From contig OZ241331.1 of the NCBI GenBank assembly GCA_965200005.1, forward strand, positions 641,054 to 705,053: a DNA stretch of 64,000 nucleotides. Direction: 5' to 3'. This DNA comes from Acidimicrobiales bacterium. GTDB taxonomy: Bacteria > Actinomycetota > Acidimicrobiia > Acidimicrobiales > Aldehydirespiratoraceae. Positions 35,938-45,728 of the stretch are shown here, piece by piece. Each line of letters opens with the position of its first letter. The first letter of the stretch is position 1. The notes below the pieces were generated by a model, which made no database searches, had not been told where the DNA came from, and was given only the letters and a program-made list of their open reading frames with translations. Both the position numbers and the translations under genes were made by a program.

Positions 35938-37191
35938 CTAACCCAGCTCATAGAGCTTCGGTTCGAGCCGATGATTGATATTGCGAGCACCATCATCGGT
36001 GATCAGATACGTGTCACCCATGAACACACCCTTGAGCACGTCAGCAGTACACGGGTGAATCTCGACACATAGGGCCATGTTGGGTTCAAGCACCACATCC
36101 TTGTCGGGTCGATGCGAAGTACCAACAAAGGGTCCGGCATCAATCGGGTTAAACACGCCATGCACCAGGGGTGCCACGATTGTGTAACCGCGCTCGTTGA
36201 TGATGCTGCCAGCCGCTCGCAACTCCGTGGCAGTACACCCGGGCTTAAGCGCTTCCACCACGCGTCGATAAGCCTCAAACATCACATCAATTAGATCCGC
36301 ATAGTCGGGTGGTGGCTTTGAGAACACCATGGGCTTGCCGGTCTGTGCTTCGTAGCCATGAGGGTCACGAGCCCCGATCTCCATCAACAAGACATCGTCA
36401 TCAGTAATCGTTCGCCCAATCGGCCGGGGACGCTGAAAACCACTAGTCGGGTTGCTCATTGACTCACTGCCCGCGAGCACCATGCAAGGCAACTCACCGC
36501 CCTCGGCAGCCAGCGTCGAATAGACGATCCGGAACAGGTCACCCTCACTCATGCCAGGGCGCAACTGTTCCATTACCGCTACCTGTGTTGCATCACCAAT
36601 ACGTCCAGCTTCTTCCAAGCAGTCGATCTCCTCATCAGAGAGCACCAACCGCATCCGCCAGAAGTCATCGGAGTACTCCTCAAACTCCACTTCAGGGAAA
36701 CTCTCGGTTAGGGCCATCCAGTGATCTCGAGAAACTGACAGATACGGGGTGGGGTTAATGATGCCCACCCGACCAGAACTCATTCCCAACTCTTTGAGAC
36801 GATCAACCAGCACGGTGCGGGTATTGAGCGCACCTCTGACATCGGCGAATAGAGAGCGGGCAATGCGATCAGGCAGCCGGGCGTTGAGACCGAGTATTGC
36901 CAGAGTCGGTTCACCCTCGGCAGGGAAGATGACAAAGCAGTCAAGCTCCATCGTGCCCATGAAGTTGCTTATCCAGCGAACATTTGCCCAACCTCGATCC
37001 CACAGATGAGCCGCACCTGTCACCAGCAAACAATCAAGATCACGATCTGCCATGAAACCGCGCACTAATTCATGACGCCTTGCGAACTCGGCGTCACTAA
37101 ACGTTGGCCAGTTGTACCAGTCACGGTGGATCTGGTGTGGGTAGGTGATGGCACGTGGCCCGAAACTCGCAGCAGAAGTTGGCTCAGTCAT
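35938..37191 (-). CDS. M24-family metallopeptidase (creatinase/Xaa-Pro peptidase-like)
   Basis: Creatinase-type N-terminal domain followed by a pita-bread fold. Metal ligand regions include VLLMEIGA, HGVF and CVEIH. Confidence 0.75.
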   Translation of the reverse strand: MTEPTSAASFGPRAITYPHQIHRDWYNWPTFSDAEFARRHELVRGFMADRDLDCLLVTGAAHLWDRGWANVRWISNFMGTMELDCFVIFPAEGEPTLAILGLNARLPDRIARSLFADVRGALNTRTVLVDRLKELGMSSGRVGIINPTPYLSVSRDHWMALTESFPEVEFEEYSDDFWRMRLVLSDEEIDCLEEAGRIGDATQVAVMEQLRPGMSEGDLFRIVYSTLAAEGGELPCMVLAGSESMSNPTSGFQRPRPIGRTITDDDVLLMEIGARDPHGYEAQTGKPMVFSKPPPDYADLIDVMFEAYRRVVEALKPGCTATELRAAGSIINERGYTIVAPLVHGVFNPIDAGPFVGTSHRPDKDVVLEPNMALCVEIHPCTADVLKGVFMGDTYLITDDGARNINHRLEPKLYELG

Positions 37192-37232
37192 TGGATCCCC
37201 TTCCCGGTTGACTGCTACTCAACAACCTTGGT

Positions 37233-38864
37233 CTACTTCAATGTTGAAGCTGGTTGTGGCGCCGACACTTCAGCAACAAACGCGTTACGGCGACTGTCTG
37301 CAGCCCCGAAAGCCGACCCGGATGGTGTGGAGTGAGCATGGTTCACACCCGCGATCGTGCAACTTCCGAACATGTCTCTGGTCACTGCGGTCTTTGTTGG
37401 CGCAACCCGATGACCCATGCTGGCTAATTCGTTACCAACCTGTGCCTTTAGCTGTCGCTCAAGGAACAGCAAGTCATCTGCATCCGGCAACCGGGGCGCT
37501 CCCGATAGCCAGCGTGGAGCGTCGACTGCGCTCTGAAGTGTGGCACCGTCGTCAATTATTGAGTGCAACACCTGAAAGTTTGTCTGCACCTGACCACGAC
37601 CCCCTGGTGTTGCTCCGGCAAAACGCCGCTGAGAGTCCGCAACGTGATAGGCGACCAAAGTGTGTAACGGGCGCGTCGGGCCATTAGCACTTCTAGCGTC
37701 AGCGAGGCTCGTGGGCTGTTTCGCTAACCGGTCGTTAAGAACTATTCCAGTACCAGGCACAACCACGCGCGAACCGAACTCGTTGAAGAGGCTATGAATA
37801 AACGTAACGATCATCCCCGCGCTGTCCGCAACAGAGACGCACGTTGTATCCGAACCGGCCGTACTAGCCGGAAGAACTGCATCAGGAACGGGTGGATTGT
37901 TGTTCGCTCTTTGTGAAGAGATGTATTCGCACCAGCGATCAATGTTGTCGGAGGCAAGTACGTCTACAACATCTGCTGTGTCCTGTCGGCTCGGCAGCAG
38001 TGCGAGATCTGAGAATGCTGCATGCTTGCATCGCACCATCAAGTCGATCCGATCAGCCAAATCGTCAATACTGGAACCCTCAAGTGCTTCAAATAGCAGC
38101 AATTGTTGCAAGAGCACCCAACCCATCGACACTGGCGGTGTCACAGAAACCTCAGCGTTTCCGTAGCGGACAGTGATTGGTGCCTCAAAGTCGACTGAGT
38201 GGATTGCTAGATCATCCACGCTTAGCAAACCCTTTCGACGTGAGACTGTCTCCACAACCTCGCGCCCTAGTGGGCCCGAATAAAACACTTCAGGTCCGCG
38301 CACTCCGATGTCACGCAGCGTGCGAGAAAGTGTCGGCAACCTAAACGTCTCACCGGGCTGCGAGCCGTTTGGTTGACAGAACTCTTGATGGAACGGGTCG
38401 TCATGCTCGGTGTCGCTGCAGGCCCTTGATAGGGCGCCTGCGAAGGCCGTGTCCATCTCGAATCCGCGCTCGGCTAGGTCGGCGGCAGGTTCAAGCAGTT
38501 CACTGAAAGGCCGGGTCCCGAAACGCTGCCAGAGCCGCCACCAGGCATCAACAACACCTGGTGTAGACACCGACAATGGGCCGAAGCGCGGCAGTCTGCC
38601 ACCAGGGATCCGGGCGTTACGCAATGCCCGCGGCACCGCTCCGGCGCCATTCAGGGTCGTGATGTGACCATCGGGACTCGATATCAGAGCGAACCCGTCA
38701 CCGCCCAGACCACACCAGGGCAACTCACGGATGCACTGAACGGCGGCGGCGGCAATGACAGCATCCACGGCATTCCCACCCGAGGCAAGCACCGCGCTGC
38801 CGACATTGGCCGCCTCGCGAGAGCCGGCGCTGACGACTGCCGAACTGCCCGTCAACGGCGTCAC
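37233..38864 (-). CDS. gamma-glutamyltransferase family protein
   Basis: GGNAVDAVIAA near the N-terminus and the autoprocessing site GSDTTCVSVADSAGMIV; 543 aa. Confidence 0.85.
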   Translation of the reverse strand: MTPLTGSSAVVSAGSREAANVGSAVLASGGNAVDAVIAAAAVQCIRELPWCGLGGDGFALISSPDGHITTLNGAGAVPRALRNARIPGGRLPRFGPLSVSTPGVVDAWWRLWQRFGTRPFSELLEPAADLAERGFEMDTAFAGALSRACSDTEHDDPFHQEFCQPNGSQPGETFRLPTLSRTLRDIGVRGPEVFYSGPLGREVVETVSRRKGLLSVDDLAIHSVDFEAPITVRYGNAEVSVTPPVSMGWVLLQQLLLFEALEGSSIDDLADRIDLMVRCKHAAFSDLALLPSRQDTADVVDVLASDNIDRWCEYISSQRANNNPPVPDAVLPASTAGSDTTCVSVADSAGMIVTFIHSLFNEFGSRVVVPGTGIVLNDRLAKQPTSLADARSANGPTRPLHTLVAYHVADSQRRFAGATPGGRGQVQTNFQVLHSIIDDGATLQSAVDAPRWLSGAPRLPDADDLLFLERQLKAQVGNELASMGHRVAPTKTAVTRDMFGSCTIAGVNHAHSTPSGSAFGAADSRRNAFVAEVSAPQPASTLK

Positions 38865-38933
38865 AGATCAACCTCAGCTGCGCCCACGCGCCGGGTGTGA
38901 ACTTCCATATGGTTGCAGGCAGGCAGCGACCGT

Positions 38934-39314
38934 CTATATGACAGCGACAGCCTCAACCTCGATGAGCATCTCGGGGCCTTTCAGCCGTGACACGAACACC
39001 GAGGAGCGAGCCGGCAGCGGTTCAGGGAAGTGTCGCACCCACTGCTCGTTGAGCGCGGCGAGGGGTGTTCCTTCCTTGACGTAAACGGTTGTTTTGACGA
39101 CATCGGCCATGGATGCACCAGCAGCCGCAAGGATGCCCGCGATGTTGCGCAGGGCCCAGTCAGCTTGCTCGCCGATGTCGCCCATCTTGCCGGTATCACG
39201 GTTGCGTCCCGCCTGGCCGGCAGTGAACACGAGATTGCCGACACGCACTGCCTGGTTGAAAGGCCCAGTCGGCGTGGGAGCGTCGTCGGTGCGGATATGG
39301 CTTCGTTCACTCAT
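38934..39314 (-). CDS. RidA/YjgF-family reactive-intermediate deaminase
   Basis: PFNQAVRVGNLVFTAGQ and a C-terminal EVEAVAV pattern; 126 aa. Confidence 0.85.
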   Translation of the reverse strand: MSERSHIRTDDAPTPTGPFNQAVRVGNLVFTAGQAGRNRDTGKMGDIGEQADWALRNIAGILAAAGASMADVVKTTVYVKEGTPLAALNEQWVRHFPEPLPARSSVFVSRLKGPEMLIEVEAVAVI

Positions 39315-39395
39315 TAAACGTCTACCTTTCGATCTGTTGCTTAGGGTTCGCCTGGTGTCTGACGGATGTCATCGGCTTCACCTCATTGCTCGGTC

Positions 39396-40460
39396 TCAAG
39401 AGGTCGATGAAGCCACGGTCGATGCCGTCAAGGTCGATGCGGTCGATGCCCTGATGCTGCGCCAGTGATGACAGCGCAACGAATGCGCTGGCGGACTCGT
39501 CGCGGCCGAACCATGATCAGATCCGAGGCTGGCCGACTCGGCCTCGGGCACCACGTCAGAACACTTCGTGTCGGCGTACGGACAGCGGGTGCGATAGCGG
39601 CAACCCGAAGGTGGGTTGAGCAAGCTCGGCAACTCGCCACGCACAAGGCGGCGAGCCGTTCGCAGCCTGGCTGCGCTGTTGGCGTCAACTCGTGGCGCTG
39701 CTGAGATCAGGCCCTGGGTATAGGGATGACACGGCGATGAGAACACGCCGGACGCCTCGCCGATCTCGACGATCTGTCCCAGATACATCACAGCTACCCG
39801 GTCACAGAGATGCCGCACCACCGAGAGGTCGTGCGCGATGAACAAGATCGCAACCGACAACTCCGTCCGAAGATCGTCCAGCACGTTGATGATCTGTGCG
39901 CGGATCGACACGTCAAGTGCCGACACAGGCTCGTCACACACCAAGACGGCGGGATCGGTGACTATGGCTCGTGCAATGCCGACCCGCTGCTGCTGCCCAC
40001 CACTGAGTTCGCTCGGATAGCGATCGGCTACCGATTTTGGTAGGCCAACAAGCTCCATCGTGTCGGCAACCGAGCGGGCACGCCGGGCCTTGTCACCGAT
40101 GTTGTGAACTTTGAGCGGCTCACCTATGAGCTTGGCGACACTCATGCGCGGATCGAGGGAGCCTCTGGGATCTTGAAACACCATCTGGATGCGGTGGCGC
40201 ATGCGGCGCAGCTCCCGCTTTGGCAACTCGCCAAGATTGGTGCCCTCTAGATGAACCGTGCCACGGTCAAGCCTGACCAACTGCATTACGGCGCGTGCCA
40301 GGGTGGACTTACCACAGCCGCTCTCACCAACCAGACCTAGCGTCTCGCCACGTTCGAGTTGCAGCGACACGCCATCAACCGCAGTGATCTGTCCACCTTC
40401 GGTGTCGAAGGTCACCACGATGTCTTGGGCATCCAAGACCACCCGCGATCCGGTGGTCAC
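39396..40460 (-). CDS. peptide (Dpp/Opp-type) ABC transporter ATP-binding protein
   Basis: GESGCGKST, LSGGQQQRVGIARA, and an oligopeptide C-terminal domain with a Cys-rich tail. The GTG start overlaps the upstream TGA (GTGA). Confidence 0.85.
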   Translation of the reverse strand: MTTGSRVVLDAQDIVVTFDTEGGQITAVDGVSLQLERGETLGLVGESGCGKSTLARAVMQLVRLDRGTVHLEGTNLGELPKRELRRMRHRIQMVFQDPRGSLDPRMSVAKLIGEPLKVHNIGDKARRARSVADTMELVGLPKSVADRYPSELSGGQQQRVGIARAIVTDPAVLVCDEPVSALDVSIRAQIINVLDDLRTELSVAILFIAHDLSVVRHLCDRVAVMYLGQIVEIGEASGVFSSPCHPYTQGLISAAPRVDANSAARLRTARRLVRGELPSLLNPPSGCRYRTRCPYADTKCSDVVPEAESASLGSDHGSAATSPPAHSLRCHHWRSIRASTASTLTASTVASSTS

Positions 40461-41494
40461 GGTTCCCGCTTCCAGGGTTGGCCTGCTACGACTGATTGGG
40501 CGGCCCGCTCGGACGCGAGCCAGCAAGCGCTTGTGTGATGGGGACCGATCGCAACCTCGGGGGGCACCTCACTGCGGCAACGATCCAGCGTGTGGGCGCA
40601 ACGTGGCGCGAAGGCACACGACGAGCCGCCGCCTCCCGTGATCGGTGGTTGACCAGGAATGGGATGCAACCTGCCACTGTGTTCGTCGGAGTCCGAGAAA
40701 CGAGGCACGAGCCGAAGCAAGCCTTCGGTGTATGGATGGTTGGCACGATCCAGAAGATGTGCCATGGAGGCCTTCTCCACGAGCCTGCCCGCATACATAA
40801 CCTGAACATCGTCACAGGTTGCAGCCACAACCCCAAAGTCATGGGTGATCAACATCAGCGCCATCCCCTCAGAGCGGCGCAACTCATCAAGCAGCAACAA
40901 GATCTCGGCCTGCACGGTCACGTCAAGCGCCGTCGTGGGCTCATCAGCGATAAGCAACCGAGGCCGGCAAGCAATGGCAAGCGAGATCATCACTCGCTGG
41001 CGCATCCCGCCGCTGAAACTGTGAGGCAACTCAAGCGAACGCCGCTCCGGATCGGCAATCCCGACACGACCCAGTAACTCGACCGCTTCAGATGCCGCCG
41101 CGCTCTTGTCCATGCCTCGATGCAGGCGCAGCGACTCGGCGATTTGCTCGCCTACCGCCATGAGCGGGTTAAGCGAAGTGAGAGGATCCTGAAAGATCAT
41201 GCCAATCTGGCCGCCACGCACACGACGAAGACTCCGCTCATCGGCTCGGAGCAAGTCCTGACCGCCAAAGCGCACTGATCCAGACATCTCCACATTGTCG
41301 GTGATGGCAAAAAGTCGGAGGATTGAGCGGGCGGTGACGCTCTTGCCGCTGCCGCTCTCACCGACGACACCCAGGGATGCCCCCGGCGACATTGTGAAGC
41401 TCACGCCATCGACGGCGCGTACGGGGCCCGAAGTGGTGTGGAACGTGACGTGTAGGTCCTCAACTTCGAGGATCGGGGTGGAGTTGTCGCTCAT
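40457..41494 (-). CDS. peptide (Dpp/Opp-type) ABC transporter ATP-binding protein
   Basis: [35 protein letters not shown]. The ATG overlaps the upstream stop (ATGA). Confidence 0.85.
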   Translation of the reverse strand: MSDNSTPILEVEDLHVTFHTTSGPVRAVDGVSFTMSPGASLGVVGESGSGKSVTARSILRLFAITDNVEMSGSVRFGGQDLLRADERSLRRVRGGQIGMIFQDPLTSLNPLMAVGEQIAESLRLHRGMDKSAAASEAVELLGRVGIADPERRSLELPHSFSGGMRQRVMISLAIACRPRLLIADEPTTALDVTVQAEILLLLDELRRSEGMALMLITHDFGVVAATCDDVQVMYAGRLVEKASMAHLLDRANHPYTEGLLRLVPRFSDSDEHSGRLHPIPGQPPITGGGGSSCAFAPRCAHTLDRCRSEVPPEVAIGPHHTSACWLASERAAQSVVAGQPWKREP

Positions 41495-42408
41495 GCCGCC
41501 GCCCCCGAGCGAGCCTCCCAGTAGCGGCCCAACAGGTTGAGCATCAGCACTGTGAGGCCAAGCAGCACTCCAGGAAGGATCGTCAACCACCACGCCACTG
41601 CCAGCAACGGCCGGCCCTCAGAGATCAACAATCCCCAAGTGGTTTGAGGTGGCTGCACACCCACTCCCAGGAAGCTGAGACCTGCTTCGGAGAGCATCAC
41701 GTGACCGATCTCTACGACACACAGAACCAGTACCCGGGGTGCCACATTGGGAAGTAGATGCCTGCCCAAAATGGCCGTGTTGGAGCAGCCCGTGGCTATC
41801 GATGCCTCGATGAAGGTTTCTTCTCGCAGTCGCAGCGCTTCGGCACGCACTACCCGGGCAAAGATGGGCCACACCAGACATGGCAACACGATGATCAGGA
41901 TGGTGACGCTCGGCCCGAGCAGGCTCAACAGCAAGATGGCAACCAGGAACATCGGCATCGCGGTTTGTGCCTCACCGAGACGCATCAACAAGCGGTCGAT
42001 GCGGCCACCGAAGTAGCCACCAAGCAACCCGAATAGCACCCCTATTGCAGCTCCGATGAACGTTGAAAGCACCGCTATGTAGAGCGTGAGGCGAGTTCCG
42101 GCGACCATGCGGCTAAACAAGTCGCGACCCAGGCTGTCGGTTCCGAGCAGGTGAAATCCTTCGGGCGACCTGCTCCAGGGCCCCAGCAGACGCGACCGAA
42201 GGTTCTGCCGATCCGGATCATGCGGAGCGAATAGGTCAGGCAATAGCGCCCACGCCACAAGAACCCCAAGCAGCACCACAAGCACGATCCAGCCACGCTT
42301 GCCCAGCATCTCGGTAAGGCGCGCAGAGATCCTGTGTGGCAATGACCTGCGTTGCCTAGTGGCCGCGTCACCACCTGCAAGAGGGTGATCCCTTACGACG
42401 ATGCCCAC
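41491..42408 (-). CDS. peptide ABC transporter permease (DppC-like)
   Basis: Six TM segments. HLLGTDSLGRD N-terminal motif and EASIATGCSNTAILGRHLLPN EAA loop. Confidence 0.85.
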   Translation of the reverse strand: MGIVVRDHPLAGGDAATRQRRSLPHRISARLTEMLGKRGWIVLVVLLGVLVAWALLPDLFAPHDPDRQNLRSRLLGPWSRSPEGFHLLGTDSLGRDLFSRMVAGTRLTLYIAVLSTFIGAAIGVLFGLLGGYFGGRIDRLLMRLGEAQTAMPMFLVAILLLSLLGPSVTILIIVLPCLVWPIFARVVRAEALRLREETFIEASIATGCSNTAILGRHLLPNVAPRVLVLCVVEIGHVMLSEAGLSFLGVGVQPPQTTWGLLISEGRPLLAVAWWLTILPGVLLGLTVLMLNLLGRYWEARSGAAA

Positions 42409-42417
42409 AGCAGTTCC

Positions 42418-43368
42418 TTAGCTGGCCCTGATGCGCCGGTCGATCATCTGATAGCCGAGGTCAATCAGCAGGTTGCTAGCAATCACAAACACACCGGCGA
42501 TGATCACCGCAGCTTGCAACACGAAGAAATCTTGTCGGTGGGCGGCGTCAATCGTGAGACGGCCCACGCCGGGCCAGGCAAATACGTACTCAATGGCGAA
42601 CGCTGCGCCGCCCCACATTCGCACATACTCCCAACCAACAATTGTCGCTGTTGTAACACCGGTGTTGCGGATCACGTGTCGTCTCAGGATTGTCCACTCC
42701 GTCAAACCCTTGCTGCGAGCCACGGTTACGTACGGTTTGGACATCTCCTCAAACGTGGCGGAACGCACCAACTGAAAGATCCGTCCGCCATGCACGATTC
42801 CTAGGGTCGCGGCTGGCAAGACGATGCTCAACGTCTCGAAGCGCCCAGACGTCGGCAACCAACCCAGTTGCACGCCAAATAGCAAGATCAGCAACAGACC
42901 GAGCCAGAAGTTCGGTACTGAAAGTGCTGATACCGATGCCAGGTTCGCGGTCTTATCAAGTGTTGTATGAGCTCTAGCCCCTGCAAACACTCCGGGTACA
43001 ACGCCCAGGAGCGCGGCTGCGCCCAGGCCGACCACAGTCAAGTAAATCGTTGACGGGAGCGCTTCAAAGACGGCGTTGATCGCCGGTCGCTGTTGCCAGG
43101 TCGACTCACCAAAGTCAAGACGTGCCAGTCCAGTCAGATACTCCCAGTAGCGCTCGCCTACCGGTCGATCCAGGCCGAACTGGCGCGCAATTGTTGCGAT
43201 CTCTTCATCTGTGGCATCGATCGGGGCAAAGATCAGCGCCGGGTTCCCGACAATGTGAGCCAGAAAGAAAATAACTGTCACTACCAGCAGCAAAACAATG
43301 ACGCCGTCGCGCAGTCTTCGTAGCAACAAGGCACGAAGAGGCTGGCGCGCTGGCGCATTTGATTGCAT
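42418..43368 (-). CDS. peptide ABC transporter permease (DppB-like)
   Basis: LLRRLRDGVIVLLLV start typical of DppB/OppB, and the YVTVARSKGLTEWTILRRHVIRN loop. Confidence 0.85.
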   Translation of the reverse strand: MQSNAPARQPLRALLLRRLRDGVIVLLLVVTVIFFLAHIVGNPALIFAPIDATDEEIATIARQFGLDRPVGERYWEYLTGLARLDFGESTWQQRPAINAVFEALPSTIYLTVVGLGAAALLGVVPGVFAGARAHTTLDKTANLASVSALSVPNFWLGLLLILLFGVQLGWLPTSGRFETLSIVLPAATLGIVHGGRIFQLVRSATFEEMSKPYVTVARSKGLTEWTILRRHVIRNTGVTTATIVGWEYVRMWGGAAFAIEYVFAWPGVGRLTIDAAHRQDFFVLQAAVIIAGVFVIASNLLIDLGYQMIDRRIRAS

Positions 43369-43471
43369 CTAAGTAATGCTCCGGTGGTGTTCGGCGGAGA
43401 CCGCAGCGCTCTAGCTATTCACCTTCACTAAAGCGCTAACGATCCCCGCCAACGTCATTTGGAGCTGACGG

Positions 43472-45259
43472 TTAGCCGACGCTCATCTCGGCTACGTAGT
43501 ACTCGTCATCAAGGCGAGGCTCCCAGTGGAGACGTTCCGTTGCGCCATAAATCAGATCCTGTTGCAGCAGGTAGATGGCGTGAGGATTCTCGTGCAGCAA
43601 GCCCCAAGCCTCCTGGTAGAGGCTGTCACGTTCAGCTTGATCAAGCGTCGAACCAGCAGCCTCAAACAGTGCCGTGACGGCTTCGTCACAAAGCTTGCTC
43701 GAGGAACCATCACAGGTCACGTGACTGCGGGTACGAGCACCATCAAACCATTCGTTGGAGTTCCAGCCATAACGCAAGTCGTACGCACCAGGTTCTGTGC
43801 CCTTGATGCGAGAACCCGAGCGGAATGTGTTCCACTCAGCGAGTTGCACTCGAGCATCAAGCCCGATGTCGTTTAGCGACTGTGCCACGAACTGCGCCGT
43901 CTCAACACCACGTAGGTAACGGCCAATAGGTGCATAGATGTCAATCCGGAAACCGTCGGGGTATCCAGCATCAATGATCATCTGCGAGGCCGTCTCGGGG
44001 TCATAGGGGTGAGGCCCGATGTTTGGATTGAAACCAAGCATTCCCTCAGCTAGATGCTGAGCGTTGTTCGGCCGGGCATAACCCTCATAGAGCGTCTCAG
44101 CTAGCAGGTCTTTGTCGACGGCCATGTTCATGGCAACCCGAACCTGCGGCAAACTCAACTCTTCGCGGTAGGCGTTAATTGTCATGTAACTGAACTCAGT
44201 TGCGGGGACACTCAATGCCTGGGGTACGAGAGCAACTTGCTCGGGCAAGATGTCAAGCACCAGGTCAACTTCACCAGCTTGCAACGCGGCCAATGAGGTT
44301 TGTTTGTCGGGGATGAACCTCACAGTAAAGGCCTCAATAGAGGGAGCGTCACCCCAGTAATTGGCATTGCGAACCGCTGAGATCTGCTGACCCCGATCCC
44401 ACGACTCAAACATGTATGGGCCCGTTCCGACGGGATTCTCGCCGACACTGTCACCAGTACCGGGAGCGATAACCGGCAGCTGCGCAATCTGCAGTGGCAG
44501 CGTGGCATTGACTCCGTCGGTGTGAATGTCAACCGTGTAATCGGACACGGCTTCAGCCTCAACTATGCCTCGAATGTAGGACGACCGCTGCGTCTCATAG
44601 TCCTCGTGCAGCATGCGGTTGAGGCTGTCAGCGACAGCTTGAGCGTTGAGCGTCGCACCGTCGTGGAACGTCACACCCTCACGAACCTCGAAGCGCCATG
44701 TGTCATCATCAACTGCTTCATATCCGGTGGCCAGCACTGGGATCAGAGCGCTCGAAGCGTCACGTCCAAGTAGCGACTCGAAGAGATTCGCTGTAACCAC
44801 GCGGGAACTGCGGTCGTTCACGGCCTGGGGGTCAAGCGTCGACGGCTCGGTCGTGACCGCGATAGTGATCGAACCCGGGTCACCCATCATCTCGGGCTCT
44901 TCCATTACCGCTTCTTCAGCAACAGCCTCAGCTGCTTCGGCTGCTTCAGCGGCTCTGGCTTCAGCTTCAGCGGCTGCGTCTTGTGCGGCTTGAAGTTGCG
45001 CTTCAAGGTCAGCCACGACGGACGGGTCGACGCCTTCAGCAGACTCGGCCGCCGCCATCGCCTCGGCTAGAGCGGCTTCGGCATCTGCAGCCGCCGCCAT
45101 CGCTGCGTCTGCTTCGGTGCGAGCCGCATCAGCCTCGGCACGAGCCGCATCGGCCTCAGCGGCGCTGTCATCGTCGCCGCCACATCCCGATGCGAGCAGG
45201 CCGAGCACAAAGAGCGCCACAAGGGGTGCTCTCAGACTCCGCCACAGGTGATTGGTCAT
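43472..45259 (-). CDS. family-5 ABC substrate-binding lipoprotein with Ala/Glu/Asp-rich repeat linker
   Basis: ATG at 45259 preceded by AGGAGG. Lipobox LLASGCGG, then about 100 aa of A/E/D repeats, then an SBP_bac_5-like body (TFHDG, YWG). Confidence 0.8.
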   Translation of the reverse strand: MTNHLWRSLRAPLVALFVLGLLASGCGGDDDSAAEADAARAEADAARTEADAAMAAAADAEAALAEAMAAAESAEGVDPSVVADLEAQLQAAQDAAAEAEARAAEAAEAAEAVAEEAVMEEPEMMGDPGSITIAVTTEPSTLDPQAVNDRSSRVVTANLFESLLGRDASSALIPVLATGYEAVDDDTWRFEVREGVTFHDGATLNAQAVADSLNRMLHEDYETQRSSYIRGIVEAEAVSDYTVDIHTDGVNATLPLQIAQLPVIAPGTGDSVGENPVGTGPYMFESWDRGQQISAVRNANYWGDAPSIEAFTVRFIPDKQTSLAALQAGEVDLVLDILPEQVALVPQALSVPATEFSYMTINAYREELSLPQVRVAMNMAVDKDLLAETLYEGYARPNNAQHLAEGMLGFNPNIGPHPYDPETASQMIIDAGYPDGFRIDIYAPIGRYLRGVETAQFVAQSLNDIGLDARVQLAEWNTFRSGSRIKGTEPGAYDLRYGWNSNEWFDGARTRSHVTCDGSSSKLCDEAVTALFEAAGSTLDQAERDSLYQEAWGLLHENPHAIYLLQQDLIYGATERLHWEPRLDDEYYVAEMSVG

Positions 45260-45293
45260 ATCAATTCCTCCTTTACTCTGAGAACTAATCGTC

Positions 45294-45725
45294 CTACAGA
45301 GATTGATCGTCGCCGGTCTCCTCCCCCAGGGACCGATGAAACTGTTCCGCCGCCTCAGCGGCGATCTCATGGTCAATGAGCGGGCTTCCCCCGCCGACAC
45401 CAATGGCACCGACGCAAACCCCGTCATCAAAGAGAGGTACCCCGCCCGGGTTGACGGTTACCCCTCCGGGGATGATTTCAACGAGGCTGGCCGGAAACAT
45501 TGGCCGGTCAGCCCACATCGCCACAAGATCTTTGGTGGGCTTTGCAAATGCAGCTGCAAGCCTTGCTTTGCCCATCGCCATGTATGGCCCGTGCCAGCGC
45601 TTCCCCCGCACCACTACCAGCGGGTGACCGGCATCATCATGAACCGCCACGGTGGCGTTGATGTCGTGACGTCTAGCGATCGCACGGGCCTGATGCACGA
45701 GTTCGAGTGCGCGCTCGACGTCCAT
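45294..45725 (-). CDS. GlcG/HbpS-like (DUF336) heme-binding protein
   Basis: 143 aa. GGVPLFDDGVCVGAIGVGGGS is the family's glycine-rich motif. Confidence 0.75.
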   Translation of the reverse strand: MDVERALELVHQARAIARRHDINATVAVHDDAGHPLVVVRGKRWHGPYMAMGKARLAAAFAKPTKDLVAMWADRPMFPASLVEIIPGGVTVNPGGVPLFDDGVCVGAIGVGGGSPLIDHEIAAEAAEQFHRSLGEETGDDQSL

Positions 45726-45728
45726 CGG

